From: a virus
Lineage: Duplodnaviria; Caudoviricetes
Length of the DNA stretch: 46,868 nucleotides
Direction: 5' to 3' (one strand)
Virus record (IMG/VR): IMGVR_UViG_3300032225_002469
Span: 1 to 46,868 of that record
The notes under the pieces: model-generated
The model's database searches: none
Told to the model about the DNA's origin: nothing
What the model saw: only the letters and a program-made list of their open reading frames with translations
Translations under genes and position numbers: made by a program
In this document: positions 7,811-17,937 of the stretch, piece by piece
How the letters are laid out: each line of letters opens with the position of its first letter
Numbering within the stretch: the first letter of the stretch is position 1

Positions 7811-8151
7811 TGGCTAGTTCAGAACCAGGGCGTAATTATGCGTCTGATTTAGTAGATCTTATCGGTGCATTTAGTGACAACGGCAGGTCACTACGTTCAT
7901 TTATTAACAATCCACATGAACTGGGTATTTGCATTTTAACTGCTGGATTGATGGCCAACAGTAAATTGGCTCTACGTCCCGACGACGCTATCAAAACATC
8001 ATTTGAGATTTACTCAAAGATCCAACGTCACGTCGGAAACTACCAGAACCTGGCATTTGCTGCAACGGTAGACGAGGCCTTTCAACCGCATCCAGAGACA
8101 GGTCCCCGTCAGAATTACAATGAGCGCCCCCCCGAAATTGACGGGGATTGA
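7810..8151 (+). CDS. Hypothetical protein
   Basis: ATG at 7810 overlaps the previous stop (TAATG). Confidence 0.65.
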   Translation: MASSEPGRNYASDLVDLIGAFSDNGRSLRSFINNPHELGICILTAGLMANSKLALRPDDAIKTSFEIYSKIQRHVGNYQNLAFAATVDEAFQPHPETGPRQNYNERPPEIDGD

Positions 8152-8765
8152 ATTCTTGCGTTAAGTTCGCGCCACCAAGCATGATCTTTTCCGCTTCCTA
8201 CCTGGCATGGCAACTGATCGGGCCAACTGCGATTGTGTTTAAAAATATTTTTTTCAGCTGTTAATACTTGTAAATTATTTTCTACGTGTAATCCGCACAA
8301 AAAATCACTTTTAAGTGGGTAAATGTGATCAACATGGTGAATTATTCCTGTTAATTGCTCAAATTCTTTACTGGTTGCGTAAAAACGTTTTATTTCTTCT
8401 TGATTTGCCCAAAAAGGTGTTGCGTTTTTTTTAGTAGCACGCCTTCGCGCTTGGTTTGCATTGGTTTTGTCGGGATTTGATTTCGCCCACCTCCGCCATA
8501 TTTCCTGTCTCCTGTGTCGGTTTGCGTTGTTCCATGCGCACGCGTACTCTCGATCTTTTTCTCGTTTTTTATCTGGGTTTGCTTCTCTCCACCTGTCAGT
8601 GTGTTCTTTATCGCACATCACACAGCCTCCGTTAGACACCCTGCGCTTTGTAAAATGCCCTTTTTTACACGGTTTACCCGTCAAGTAGTACAGGATATTT
8701 TTTTCTCGTGCTTCTTTCCTGGTCCGTGGCAAGCTCTCAAGATAATCTTGAACAACCGAAGACAC
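8115..8765 (-). CDS. HNH homing endonuclease
   Basis: YLTGKPCKKGH...CVMC N-terminal Zn motif; HHVDHIYPL...CGLHVENNLQVL..EKN catalytic region. Confidence 0.85.
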   Translation of the reverse strand: MSSVVQDYLESLPRTRKEAREKNILYYLTGKPCKKGHFTKRRVSNGGCVMCDKEHTDRWREANPDKKREKDREYACAWNNANRHRRQEIWRRWAKSNPDKTNANQARRRATKKNATPFWANQEEIKRFYATSKEFEQLTGIIHHVDHIYPLKSDFLCGLHVENNLQVLTAEKNIFKHNRSWPDQLPCQVGSGKDHAWWRELNARIQSPSISGGRSL

Positions 8766-8802
8766 TGTTGCGTAAAGAAAACTTCACGCGAGGATAGCTT
8801 CC

Positions 8803-9207
8803 CTAAACTTTGACGTTGTCGTTGACTTCTACAGCCATGCCGCGTTCCAAAACGCGCACCGTCACTCCAGTACAGTCCAAGGCTTTCTTCAGGAAATCGC
8901 ACGCCAGTTGCGGGTTGGTGTGGGACCCACAGGTAAAAACGTCAACTGCTGCATAGCCATGCTCTGGCCAGGAGTGAATTGAGAGGTGCGATTCTGATAG
9001 CAGTGCTAGCGCGGTCACCCCTTGAGGTGTGAACTTGTGGGAGGTCACGTCAAGAACAGTGCCACCTGCGCGTTCTGCTGCTTCCTTCATTGCAGCCCTG
9101 ATATAGCTCTCATCATCGAGGAAATTCGGATTACCGCCCAACAGCTCTGCAATAACGTGCTTTCCTACAACCTCACTCAATGACCTGCACGAATAGTTTT
9201 TCATCAT
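8803..9207 (-). CDS. speD: S-adenosylmethionine decarboxylase proenzyme
   Basis: GKHVIAEL, HKFTPQGVT, self-cleavage ESH in LSESHLSIHSWPEHGYAAVDVFTCG. Confidence 0.93.
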   Translation of the reverse strand: MMKNYSCRSLSEVVGKHVIAELLGGNPNFLDDESYIRAAMKEAAERAGGTVLDVTSHKFTPQGVTALALLSESHLSIHSWPEHGYAAVDVFTCGSHTNPQLACDFLKKALDCTGVTVRVLERGMAVEVNDNVKV

Positions 9208-9254
9208 TTTACGTCCAGTGAATCGCTACAAACCCCTGTTACCGCAAGGGAATC

Positions 9255-9263
9255 TGCTATCCT
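9255..9263 (+). promoter_or_regulatory. Extended -10 promoter TGCTATCCT
   Basis: About 20 nt upstream of the exonuclease ATG; recurrent motif. Confidence 0.45.
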
Positions 9264-9284
9264 GTTGGGACTGTCCTTCCCCTA

Positions 9285-10199
9285 ATGCCCCCTACAACGC
9301 ATGAAATTTCTGCGGAAATTCCGACAAGGGAAGAACTAGAGCGCAAAATTCATACAAAGTACTCTCGAACTGCTCCTTATACGCAGTTCGTGGACTACAG
9401 ATCTGAAGGTGATACACGGCTGACAATTAACGGTAGTAGGCACTACGTTTCGCCGCTCGGCGCCTTACCATCTGTGACGACAATCCTGTCAGCCACTGGT
9501 GGGAACAAGGCAGCGTTAGAGCGATGGGCCGCAAAAAATCCTGGTGGACGTGAAGCAGCTGCAGCTAGAGGTACTAAGGTCCACAGCTTGATGGAAGAGT
9601 ACCTTCTCGACATAAACAAGAATCCGGTTATCGATGATGAAGAGATTGCTCAATTCTGGGACGGCCTTCCGCAAAATCTGGACAAACTTGAGCGTGTTGT
9701 TTGGGCTGAGCGGCCAGCCAATCCAGACGATTTTGCGTGGACCATAGGTGGTGATGGAATTAGCCGAGTTTGGCATCCTGGTGTACATGAAACTGAAACA
9801 TGGGGATTTGCAGGCGCACCTGACATTGTGGCTGAATACAAAGGCAAGGTCGTGCTAGGTGACTTGAAAACGTCAAACGGCAAATACTACGCTAAATGGC
9901 CTGGTCCAGAAACACTTAAATCCGAATATGGGATGAAAAGGGCAGGTTACATGAAATATAGCAAATGCATGAAACAATTAGGCGCTTATTCTTTAGCTTT
10001 AGAGTACACAGTTGGCATCGTGCCTGAAATTTTCATGATTTTTGTTGCCACGCGGGAGACGTCTCAAGTGTTTGCTGTACAGGGGCAGACAATCACAAAG
10101 TGGCAAAACAAATGGTTGGAAGATGTAGAAAAGTATTACACTGAGATCCTTCCCGCATTAAACACAACAGAAACAATTGTTGACGGAGGCAAATCATGA
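9285..10199 (+). CDS. PD-(D/E)XK phage exonuclease
   Basis: LPSVTTIL, ARGTKVH, FAGAPDI, GDLKTS, QLGAY motifs. Confidence 0.85.
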   Translation: MPPTTHEISAEIPTREELERKIHTKYSRTAPYTQFVDYRSEGDTRLTINGSRHYVSPLGALPSVTTILSATGGNKAALERWAAKNPGGREAAAARGTKVHSLMEEYLLDINKNPVIDDEEIAQFWDGLPQNLDKLERVVWAERPANPDDFAWTIGGDGISRVWHPGVHETETWGFAGAPDIVAEYKGKVVLGDLKTSNGKYYAKWPGPETLKSEYGMKRAGYMKYSKCMKQLGAYSLALEYTVGIVPEIFMIFVATRETSQVFAVQGQTITKWQNKWLEDVEKYYTEILPALNTTETIVDGGKS

Positions 10200-10729
10200 C
10201 ACCTTACATAAAGCTTCCTGATTTTGAATTTTTGCATTATTGTTTAGAAATTGATGAAACTTCGCCGTCAGGACTGCGTTGGAAAAATACAAATAAATAC
10301 AGCAATAAGAAAAAAGGGGATGTTGCCGGAAATAAAACGGATGAAGGTTATTGGAGAGTGCGAATAAATTATGTTAAATATACTGCTCATCGGATTATTT
10401 TTTACATGAAAACAAATGAAGACCCTGGAGAGTATCAAATTGATCATGCGGAAAATCGTTCAAACAATTTTAAAATTAGAAAAGCTGATAGTTCGCAGAA
10501 TCAAGCTAATACAAAGAAAAAACCTGGAAAATATTCTTCTAAATATAAAGGAGTTAGTTTTGCGGCAAAAATGTCTAAATGGAAGTCAGGAATTATGATT
10601 AAAGGAAGACAACTTCATTTAGGTTATTTTATTTCTGAAACAGATGCCGCAAAAGCATATAACAAAGCGGCTTTGGAGTACTTTGGGGAATTTGCTTGGA
10701 TTAACGACTTGTCTCTTGACGAGAAGTGA
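10196..10729 (+). CDS. HNH endonuclease with AP2 DNA-binding domain
   Basis: AHRII..QIDH..N..QNQAN; SKYKGVS...HLGYF..E.DAAKAYNKAA.EYFGEFA; visibly AT-rich relative to flanks. Confidence 0.88.
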   Translation: MTPYIKLPDFEFLHYCLEIDETSPSGLRWKNTNKYSNKKKGDVAGNKTDEGYWRVRINYVKYTAHRIIFYMKTNEDPGEYQIDHAENRSNNFKIRKADSSQNQANTKKKPGKYSSKYKGVSFAAKMSKWKSGIMIKGRQLHLGYFISETDAAKAYNKAALEYFGEFAWINDLSLDEK

Positions 10730-10851
10730 TCAAGTACAAGCGTCTGCCCCGTAAATTGGAAGTATAAAGAAAAGCGGTCCGTTCCTGGCAAATCCTGCAA
10801 AAACAGGCTATCCTGCCAGTGGTGTCCGCACTCTGCCTGCAATAAAACCCT

Positions 10852-13446
10852 GTGACGACCGCCGCTCCGGAACCTAAGCCCCCTCATAAACAGCTCTCAC
10901 CAGGGGAGGTCCGGACTGACTGGATCCCACTTGAATGGGCTTTAACGCCGCTTCACGGTAAGCGTGCGTACGTTGCTGGCTGGCCTTCCAACCCTTACAC
11001 CGTAACGCAGATCCAGGAGGAACTGGATGCTGGACGCGCCACGGGGATCGGCCTGCTCAGTGGGCAGCACTGCAACGAATACGGTCTGCTTTGGGTGGAT
11101 TTCGACGGTGAAGAGGCCGTCACGTTTATTGAGAACTGTGCCGGTGGTCCCATTTCCACCGTATTCCCCCCGACGCTGACGATTGGGAGCGGTCGGCCTG
11201 GTCGCATGCGGATGCTGTTTCGCATCCCGAACAAGAATATCAACCGCCTTCCAGATAAGGCCACTTTAAAGATTGGCCCAGCACCTTTCGAGATGCTATG
11301 GAGGAGCCGTCAAGGCGCTCTGTGCGGTGCACACCCCGATTCTGACGGTTACCGCACAACAGAACATGGCGGTTTTGAACATGCAAAGAATTTACCGGAT
11401 CTTCCGGAGTGGTTGTATAAAGAAATTGAGAAGGCGTACCCCTCTAATAAATACCGCAAACGCAACGGTGCTACACCTTTTATTACGCAAAACATAACTA
11501 TAAATTATGAAGAGGGTTCTAAGTTTCAATTAGAGTCTGTAATTGATGAAGCGCGGATGTATCTAACAGCGCTAGATGTGTCACGTGCTGATGATTACGA
11601 AGAGTGGGTTGCTGTTGGTATGGCCCTCCACCAGATTGATGATTCCCTGTTGGCCGACTGGGTTGGTTGGTCTGCTCAATCTGATCACTTTGAAGATGGC
11701 TGTTGCGAAGAAAAATGGGGTAGTTTTGAACGTCTTCCCGGTGGCCCATCCCCTGAAGGTGCAAGGGGTCTGAAGACTTTACGTGCTAAAGCAAAAGAAG
11801 ATGGCTACATTGATTTTGGTGGTTTTGTTGTCCCCACGGTAGACACACTTGTTAAACGCTCTGCAGCAGAACAGGAAGCAGAGTACGACGAAGATGGCGC
11901 ACTTATGTTTGGCACTGAAGATGACTTAGATGATGATCCGGCGGCGCAACTTGTCAGCTTTCTTCATTCCATGGGTGGGAACTCGCGTAATGAGAAAAAG
12001 AAGGGTGCAATGCGTAACCCGCCAGCATCTGCCATCGCGGATCACGTCATGCCGATGTTTCTAACTTTGGGTTGGCGCTATGATCCACGGTTTGATGTTT
12101 TCATGCGCTACAACAAGGATTGTGGCGTCTGGAGTCGGCAAGAACATCGTAAGGATTTTCACCACGAAGTCCAGTTCCTGCTTGCAAATAGCAGTCTCCC
12201 CAGTGGCTATACCTCTAACCTCATCAACGATGTTTCCAATCTTCTAGAGGGTCACCTTACCCACTATGACTGGAATATTGACCCTAGCCTCCTAGCGTTT
12301 CGTAATGGTGTTCTAGAGCTAGACGGTCACGAATTCCTGGAACACAGCCCAGAAAATGACATGACCTGGGGTCTTGATTTTGATTACGACCCAGGAGCAG
12401 ATCCTGGTCCCATTGTTGAGTGGTTATTTCGCACACAATACGGTGATGAGGCCCGTGTCCAGGTGCTGCGTGCATGGTTACGTGCGTGCCTTGTTGGTCG
12501 CGGTAATGAGCTACAGCGCTTCCTCGAAGTGATCGGCCCAGGGGGTCGGGGTAAATCCACCTATGCCAATCTCTGTTGCGCCTTGGTCGGTTGCGGGAAC
12601 TACGCCAGCACGACATTGAATCAACTAGAGCAAAGCAGGTTTGAGCTTTCCTCGATCAAGGATAAGCGCCTTACGTTGATCAATGATTCGGAACGGTACG
12701 GCGGTTCTGCTCAGACCTTTAAGGCGCTGACAGGCGGTGACTCCCTGCGTTATGAAGAAAAGCTTAAGGCAATTGGTGAGCCTTTTGTTTATACCGGCAT
12801 GGTCATGGTTGCAGCTAACGAACCGATCCAAACCAGTGATCCAACCTCTGGCCTAAGTCGCCGTCGCTTAACAATTGAATTCAATAGGCCCTTATATAAC
12901 AAGAGTAGTGAAGCCCGTGACATGATTAAAATTGAACGCGGTCACGTTAGTGGGTACTGGAAAGATTATTTACCCGGATTGGTGAACTGGGTATTGCAAA
13001 TGAGTGAGAAGGAAATGCGTCAATACCTGCTAGATACAAATGAAATGGTTCCTGCTTTACGTAAAGTACGGAATGAAATTCTGCTTAACAGTAATAATTT
13101 GATTGATTGGTTGCAATCTGAAGTGGTTGCTGCACCTGAGCATGTTTCAGCTGTAGGGAAAAAGATTCCTGCCGCTAAAGATGCACAAGAACGTTATTGC
13201 AATAGTAATAGTCATCTTTATGCCAGCTACTCAAGCTATTGCGAAGATACAGGTTCTAAGGCAGTGGGGCAGAAGCGGTTTGTTAATATTTTGATGGACT
13301 GCTGCAAGAACCAGTTGGATCTAACTAGCATCTTTTCATTCAGTAAGAATGGCCGTCTTTTTGTTAAAGGTTTGGCAGTCCGTGCTTCTGATCAGAAGTT
13401 TAAATCGTATCCAACTATCCTTCCAGAAGGGAAAGAATCGGAGTAG
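10852..13446 (+). CDS. Primase-polymerase / D5-like SF3 helicase fusion
   Basis: Prim-pol N-terminus (LWVDFDG), PriCT-2-like DYEEWVAVGMALH, D5_N-like AFRNGVL, Walker A GPGGRGKST, FKALTGGD. Confidence 0.9.
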   Translation: MTTAAPEPKPPHKQLSPGEVRTDWIPLEWALTPLHGKRAYVAGWPSNPYTVTQIQEELDAGRATGIGLLSGQHCNEYGLLWVDFDGEEAVTFIENCAGGPISTVFPPTLTIGSGRPGRMRMLFRIPNKNINRLPDKATLKIGPAPFEMLWRSRQGALCGAHPDSDGYRTTEHGGFEHAKNLPDLPEWLYKEIEKAYPSNKYRKRNGATPFITQNITINYEEGSKFQLESVIDEARMYLTALDVSRADDYEEWVAVGMALHQIDDSLLADWVGWSAQSDHFEDGCCEEKWGSFERLPGGPSPEGARGLKTLRAKAKEDGYIDFGGFVVPTVDTLVKRSAAEQEAEYDEDGALMFGTEDDLDDDPAAQLVSFLHSMGGNSRNEKKKGAMRNPPASAIADHVMPMFLTLGWRYDPRFDVFMRYNKDCGVWSRQEHRKDFHHEVQFLLANSSLPSGYTSNLINDVSNLLEGHLTHYDWNIDPSLLAFRNGVLELDGHEFLEHSPENDMTWGLDFDYDPGADPGPIVEWLFRTQYGDEARVQVLRAWLRACLVGRGNELQRFLEVIGPGGRGKSTYANLCCALVGCGNYASTTLNQLEQSRFELSSIKDKRLTLINDSERYGGSAQTFKALTGGDSLRYEEKLKAIGEPFVYTGMVMVAANEPIQTSDPTSGLSRRRLTIEFNRPLYNKSSEARDMIKIERGHVSGYWKDYLPGLVNWVLQMSEKEMRQYLLDTNEMVPALRKVRNEILLNSNNLIDWLQSEVVAAPEHVSAVGKKIPAAKDAQERYCNSNSHLYASYSSYCEDTGSKAVGQKRFVNILMDCCKNQLDLTSIFSFSKNGRLFVKGLAVRASDQKFKSYPTILPEGKESE

Positions 13447-13485
13447 AATTCAGGTTCCACTGTGTCTTCCCACGTGGTATGGATG

Positions 13486-13524
13486 AAGAAACCCTCAGCT
13501 TTTTTCTACTGGGGGTTTCTTTTT
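13486..13524 (+). terminator. Intrinsic terminator
   Basis: aagaaaccctcag...ctgggggtttctt followed by a T-run, between convergent genes. Confidence 0.7.
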
Positions 13525-13614
13525 GTTAAAAAATTGCAGCACACTTCCAACAACAAATAATACAGCTAAAACTATAACAGCGCGTTTATGTCCCATGTAT
13601 TTTAGTGAAGGTGA

Positions 13615-15486
13615 CTACGCTGCTTCCAGGGATGCAACACGATCAGTAAGTTCTTTAATTTTTAAATTACTTTCTTTTAGGGCCGCAATTAATACGGGAA
13701 CAAGGTCTGTCATTGCCAGGCCCATGTACTGTTGTTTGCCTTCTGCGTCTTGTTCTTCTTCTGGTACGTCTACAACTTCGGGCAAAACCGATAAAACATT
13801 TTGAGCAATCAAACCTACTTTTCTTGTAGCCGCAGAATCAGCCTTGAAAGAATAGTAAACGGGGTTAATTGCCTCAATGATTTGAGTGGCGGCAACAACT
13901 GGTCCTTCTATGTTCTTCAATCTTTCATCCGAACTAAATGTCCAACTTGTAGCTGTATTGCTGGCAAGTTTGGCAACATAACTGAAAACATCTTTGTTGC
14001 CTATTGCAAATTGAGTTCCACCTCCACCGAAGACGTTTGGACCCATAACCCAAATTACTGAATTTCCATTGGTTGATGTTGGAGCTGTTCCAAATGCAGT
14101 TACACCCGGAATAAATGCAATGGAACATTCCCCATCGCTTGTCGTGTTTCCAATTTGAAGTTGACCGAAAACGTTGTCAGTGCTACTTAGCCATGTTTTA
14201 CCAGTGTTGGTAATCCTCATCCGCTCCGTAGGACTAGACGCGCCGTCTGCCGTAGTGGAGAACACTAGGCGTCCTGGCATGTCGTTGGCTCCAGGGGTGC
14301 CGTCTACAAACGCTTCAATAGATGCCGCTGGCACCATATTTGTTCCATCAGCACCTTGAAAACTGATTCGCCCAATACGGTCGTCACTTGTAGTTCCGTT
14401 TACATATTGAACAATTGCGTAAGCGGCACTTCTTGCTTTTGCAAGGATTAGTGCATTTCCATCTGCGGTTGCATCATTTCTTGTAATAGATAACGATGCG
14501 ATTGCAGTCGAGTTTCCTTCAATTTGAGTTTGAGCAGCAACGGCTCCGGTAAAGAAAAGGCCACGCGCACTAGACGTACCAACTAACAGCCTGCCGGAGC
14601 TGTCGATGCGGGCGCGTTCGGTGCCACCGTTGAAGAACTGAGTGTTAGACGCAGAGATTTCTAAATTGACGTTTGCGGAAACAGCGTTATTAACAGCGTT
14701 AAACTTAACGTTGCCAGTGCTATTGCCGTCTTGAACAAGCAGCTTGGCATCTGATGCAACTTTTACGTCAAGTAGAGCAGCAGGGCTAGTAGTGCCAATC
14801 CCTAATCGGCCACTGGAGTCCAGGCGCATGCGTTCGGTGTTGAGCGTACCAAAAGCCATGTAATTGACATTTTGTTCATAGATCAGATAACCTGCGGCCT
14901 GTTCGGCGCCACCTGTTGTGCCATCAGCAAAGAAAATTGAACCTTGGTTTCCTGCAGAGTTACCCGTATAAATAGTTACACCTTGACTACCAGAGCCACT
15001 GCCAACAACAAATTGATTTGCAGCACTGTTAAAACTACTTGGACTGCTGGTTCCCACGCCAACCCGCCCACTTGCATCTAGGCGCATGCGTTCGGTATTG
15101 CTTGTACCAAAGGCAAGTATTCCCGTGCTTGCATCAACAAGGGAAACACCACTTGTCAAGCGAATACTAAGACTGGCATCAGCATTGTTTGTAAATTGTG
15201 CCGCATTGTTGTTTGCCCCTGAACCAGTATTGGCAATAAATGTGTAATTAGATGGGTTTGTGTTTTGACCAACAAGCAAGCTACCGCTAGGTAAAATTGC
15301 GCTTGTATTAGAAATAAACAACCGCCCAGTGCCATTAGTGCTGATGGCTAATTGCCCTGAACCCGGAAAATAAATGCCAGTAGTTGTATCCGCTGAATAA
15401 TAAACACTTGGGGCCGCTGCACTACCTGCACTAAATGCAACAGAAACTACACTACCGTCAAGAAGTTGGGCTTTCGTCTGCGACAC
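13615..15486 (-). CDS. Tail fibre with C-terminal S74 intramolecular chaperone
   Basis: Repeated ERMR(L/I)DSSG-R-GIGTxSP shaft units; SSDERLK, GLIAQ and L..ALKE coiled coil of S74. Confidence 0.88.
   Translation of the reverse strand: MSQTKAQLLDGSVVSVAFSAGSAAAPSVYYSADTTTGIYFPGSGQLAISTNGTGRLFISNTSAILPSGSLLVGQNTNPSNYTFIANTGSGANNNAAQFTNNADASLSIRLTSGVSLVDASTGILAFGTSNTERMRLDASGRVGVGTSSPSSFNSAANQFVVGSGSGSQGVTIYTGNSAGNQGSIFFADGTTGGAEQAAGYLIYEQNVNYMAFGTLNTERMRLDSSGRLGIGTTSPAALLDVKVASDAKLLVQDGNSTGNVKFNAVNNAVSANVNLEISASNTQFFNGGTERARIDSSGRLLVGTSSARGLFFTGAVAAQTQIEGNSTAIASLSITRNDATADGNALILAKARSAAYAIVQYVNGTTSDDRIGRISFQGADGTNMVPAASIEAFVDGTPGANDMPGRLVFSTTADGASSPTERMRITNTGKTWLSSTDNVFGQLQIGNTTSDGECSIAFIPGVTAFGTAPTSTNGNSVIWVMGPNVFGGGGTQFAIGNKDVFSYVAKLASNTATSWTFSSDERLKNIEGPVVAATQIIEAINPVYYSFKADSAATRKVGLIAQNVLSVLPEVVDVPEEEQDAEGKQQYMGLAMTDLVPVLIAALKESNLKIKELTDRVASLEAA
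14210..14307. repeat. 98-bp direct repeat, copy A (copy B at 37734-37831)
   Basis: 9 mismatches by manual alignment, 41-bp perfect core; both copies encode VDGTPGANDMPGRLVFSTTADGASSPTERMRIT. Confidence 0.9.
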
Positions 15487-15492
15487 TGTTTA

Positions 15493-15666
15493 CTACTCTT
15501 TATCTTCTGATTTACTTATTCTACAAGAACACTCACTGCACTTCTTACACCACGTTTTATCACCAGGGATCGGCTCAGTCCCGTAGCCAAAATCATCATA
15601 ATCTGGCTCGTTACGAATCCATCGGGCAGCTTCTTCAAGGTACCGCTTGATCAGCTGTGTCGGCAC
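15493..15666 (-). CDS. Small hypothetical protein (57 aa, below cutoff)
   Basis: GTG start; ...RNEPDYDDFGYGTEPIPGDKTWCKKCSEC...; TAGAAT box upstream. Confidence 0.55.
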   Translation of the reverse strand: MPTQLIKRYLEEAARWIRNEPDYDDFGYGTEPIPGDKTWCKKCSECSCRISKSEDKE

Positions 15667-15695
15667 TTAAAAACTCAACTCAAAATCTTATTCTA

Positions 15696-16202
15696 TCATG
15701 CAGGGAAAGCTCCAACACCCCTGTATTTCTGCTGCATGAACGGTTTATTTCTTAAAAAATCTTGAGGTGCAGTCTGAAGGGTGCCTGCACCTGGATGTTC
15801 TTGTGACCACTTATCAGCCGTTGGAGAATCCAGATCAGGTGGAATTCTAATATAAGGCGGTGCTTCTGCCTGTTCAAGACCACGGGGTGGCTGACCGTAC
15901 TGCTCCCTAAATTTATCAAAGAACTCTTTGCCAGGTGTTTTTACAGGTTGTTGTAATTTTTCAATAACATCTTTAGGAAATTCTTGTTGTGATGATCCTC
16001 CCCAAATAGGAGTAGAACTTACTTCTTCGGTGTAATACGGAGGAATGCCTGTACCTTCACCACCAGAAAAATCCCGGCCTACGCTAAAAGTTGGGATATC
16101 AGTTCCGGTTTGTGAATATTGTTCATCACCACCAAATTTTTCACGGTAGTAACTATTTAAAAACCCATTACCACCCAATACTGTAGGAAAATCGTTGTCC
16201 AT
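15696..16202 (-). CDS. Hypothetical, possible internal virion protein
   Basis: Low-complexity Gly/Pro/Gln-rich; coupled to the upstream gene. Confidence 0.6.
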   Translation of the reverse strand: MDNDFPTVLGGNGFLNSYYREKFGGDEQYSQTGTDIPTFSVGRDFSGGEGTGIPPYYTEEVSSTPIWGGSSQQEFPKDVIEKLQQPVKTPGKEFFDKFREQYGQPPRGLEQAEAPPYIRIPPDLDSPTADKWSQEHPGAGTLQTAPQDFLRNKPFMQQKYRGVGAFPA

Positions 16203-17224
16203 TATCGTCCAATACCATAGTTACCTAAACCGCCAGGGCCAACCAGAGTTTGCATGAAGGGCGTAATTCCGTTAAGAAATTTAACAACGTTGTCCCCGGT
16301 AGATGGCTGTCCAGCAGTTGTGTTAAGCGCAGGCGCACCACTACCTGTAGTTTTTTCTGCTGCTTTTTGATTTGCTTCAGCATAAGGAGCACTTACAGCT
16401 TGTCCTTGTGTATGCCAAGGGGCGGGCGTTGTATTCGCAGGTGTACCAAAAGCAGCTTCATCAGAAGAGGCTTGCCCTTGGCCCGCATACTGATTGACAT
16501 CACCAATGAAAGAACTGATGTCACGTCCACCAGGTGCGGCACCCTGTCCAGCACTTGCTTGCTTAGCATATAGTTGCTGAGCAAGACCTGGGTTTGCTTT
16601 GGCCCATGCTGCCATGTTCGATGCCTCTGCGCCTTGCATGCCCTGCGTCAAGCCTGAAGTAATGGTGCCCAGGTTGGCATTACCTTGCAAAGCCTGCGCT
16701 GCGTAGTAATCCTTAAGCGATGCTTGCTTGCTTGCACCAGTAGGGGTGAAACCTGTGGGCAAGGAAGTCATCCCTGCAAGTTGAGAGATGCCAGGTGCAC
16801 CACCGTATTGGGCGAGAAGGTTCCGATACTCCTCATCTGCAGCTTGGTACGTCGTGTTAGGGCTGGTGATTGTAGAGCGGCCTCTATCTCCAGAAATGAG
16901 GTTGGTGTCCTCAGTTGTCCTGCTGCCTTTAGGAAACATTCGGCCTGGGTCACTGCCAAGATCGGCATCTCCTGATGTAACAAGTTGAGTCCTTGAATTA
17001 GGAGCCTCCATTGCACTGGCTGAACGCCCAAAACCAAACCCACCTTTGCGCGCTGCTTCGTATTGATTAATCAGCCCTAAAGGATTTGAAAGACCTCGAA
17101 GGATGCTGCTACCTGCATTTTGAATTGCCTGCAAGTCCTGTCCCCTATTTGCGGCGGCTTGATAACTAGGGTAAACAAACCCATCATCAGCCTGATAACG
17201 TCCTCCCGGTAACAGTCTGCCCAC
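16202..17224 (-). CDS. Ala/Gly/Gln-rich hypothetical, possible internal virion or ejection protein
   Basis: Long ORF with composition typical of such proteins. Confidence 0.65.
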   Translation of the reverse strand: MGRLLPGGRYQADDGFVYPSYQAAANRGQDLQAIQNAGSSILRGLSNPLGLINQYEAARKGGFGFGRSASAMEAPNSRTQLVTSGDADLGSDPGRMFPKGSRTTEDTNLISGDRGRSTITSPNTTYQAADEEYRNLLAQYGGAPGISQLAGMTSLPTGFTPTGASKQASLKDYYAAQALQGNANLGTITSGLTQGMQGAEASNMAAWAKANPGLAQQLYAKQASAGQGAAPGGRDISSFIGDVNQYAGQGQASSDEAAFGTPANTTPAPWHTQGQAVSAPYAEANQKAAEKTTGSGAPALNTTAGQPSTGDNVVKFLNGITPFMQTLVGPGGLGNYGIGR

Positions 17225-17279
17225 TTTTGTACAACAATTCCGTTACTACTATACTAATACAAGTAAACAAAAGACCGCC

Positions 17280-17462
17280 ATGGAAGTAATGCAAACTTTT
17301 CCAAATGGGACCACTATTGAATTTGGTGAAGATATTCACGGTAATCAAGTTCATCGTGTGTGTAATCCCTCAGGTTCTATGTGCCGTTACGTCGAACCCT
17401 ACCCTTGTGCGATGGTATACGCGGAGCAATATGAAGAGTATTTCAAAAAACAAGGCGGTTAA
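17280..17462 (+). CDS. Hypothetical protein
   Basis: TATACT box upstream; 60-aa ORF. Confidence 0.6.
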   Translation: MEVMQTFPNGTTIEFGEDIHGNQVHRVCNPSGSMCRYVEPYPCAMVYAEQYEEYFKKQGG

Positions 17463-17581
17463 ATTAGTTTTAAGTTAGGGGACTTATTGAGAATGCCTGA
17501 GAATGACTGCAGCGCAAGGGGTCTCAATGTACATACGAATGAATGCTTTTTTTCGGGGTTTCACTACGGGTGAAGCGTTTT

Positions 17582-17795
17582 GTGGTTCTCATTTGTAAGC
17601 AACATCCGTACGTAACTTTTACGCCAGGTGGGCGGTCCTGGTCGCTGAGATCCGTTGCAGCGCAGTGAAGGGGCAAGCCAAAGCCCTGGAGGAGAGCCCG
17701 GTGGCGGGGGCAAGGAGCTGAAAAGGGTTCTCAGGCATATGCAACATCCGTATGTAAAAAGTGACTTACAAATGTTGCATACAAATGAGAACCAC
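17582..17795. repeat. 24-bp inverted repeat plus 17-bp direct repeat around a GC-rich core; origin- or packaging-like locus
   Basis: gtggttctcatttgtaagcaacat (17582-17605) vs atgttgcatacaaatgagaaccac (17772-17795), 23/24 complementary; gcaacatccgtaYgtaa at 17599 and 17741. Confidence 0.75.
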
Positions 17796-17937
17796 CAATC
17801 TCTTCTAATAGAGTAAATAGGGTAAATTTTCTGTTCCTTTGTACGTTGATTTTGCACTCCCTCAAACACTTGACATACCAAGGGGTTTCAGCTATTTTAC
17901 AAAGGCCCCGAAAATCGTCCCCTACCGAGTCTCAACC

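Noticed and set aside
17564-17881. 105-aa minus-strand ORF across the repeat locus
   Set aside because: Atypical composition and overlap with the inverted repeats; likely spurious.
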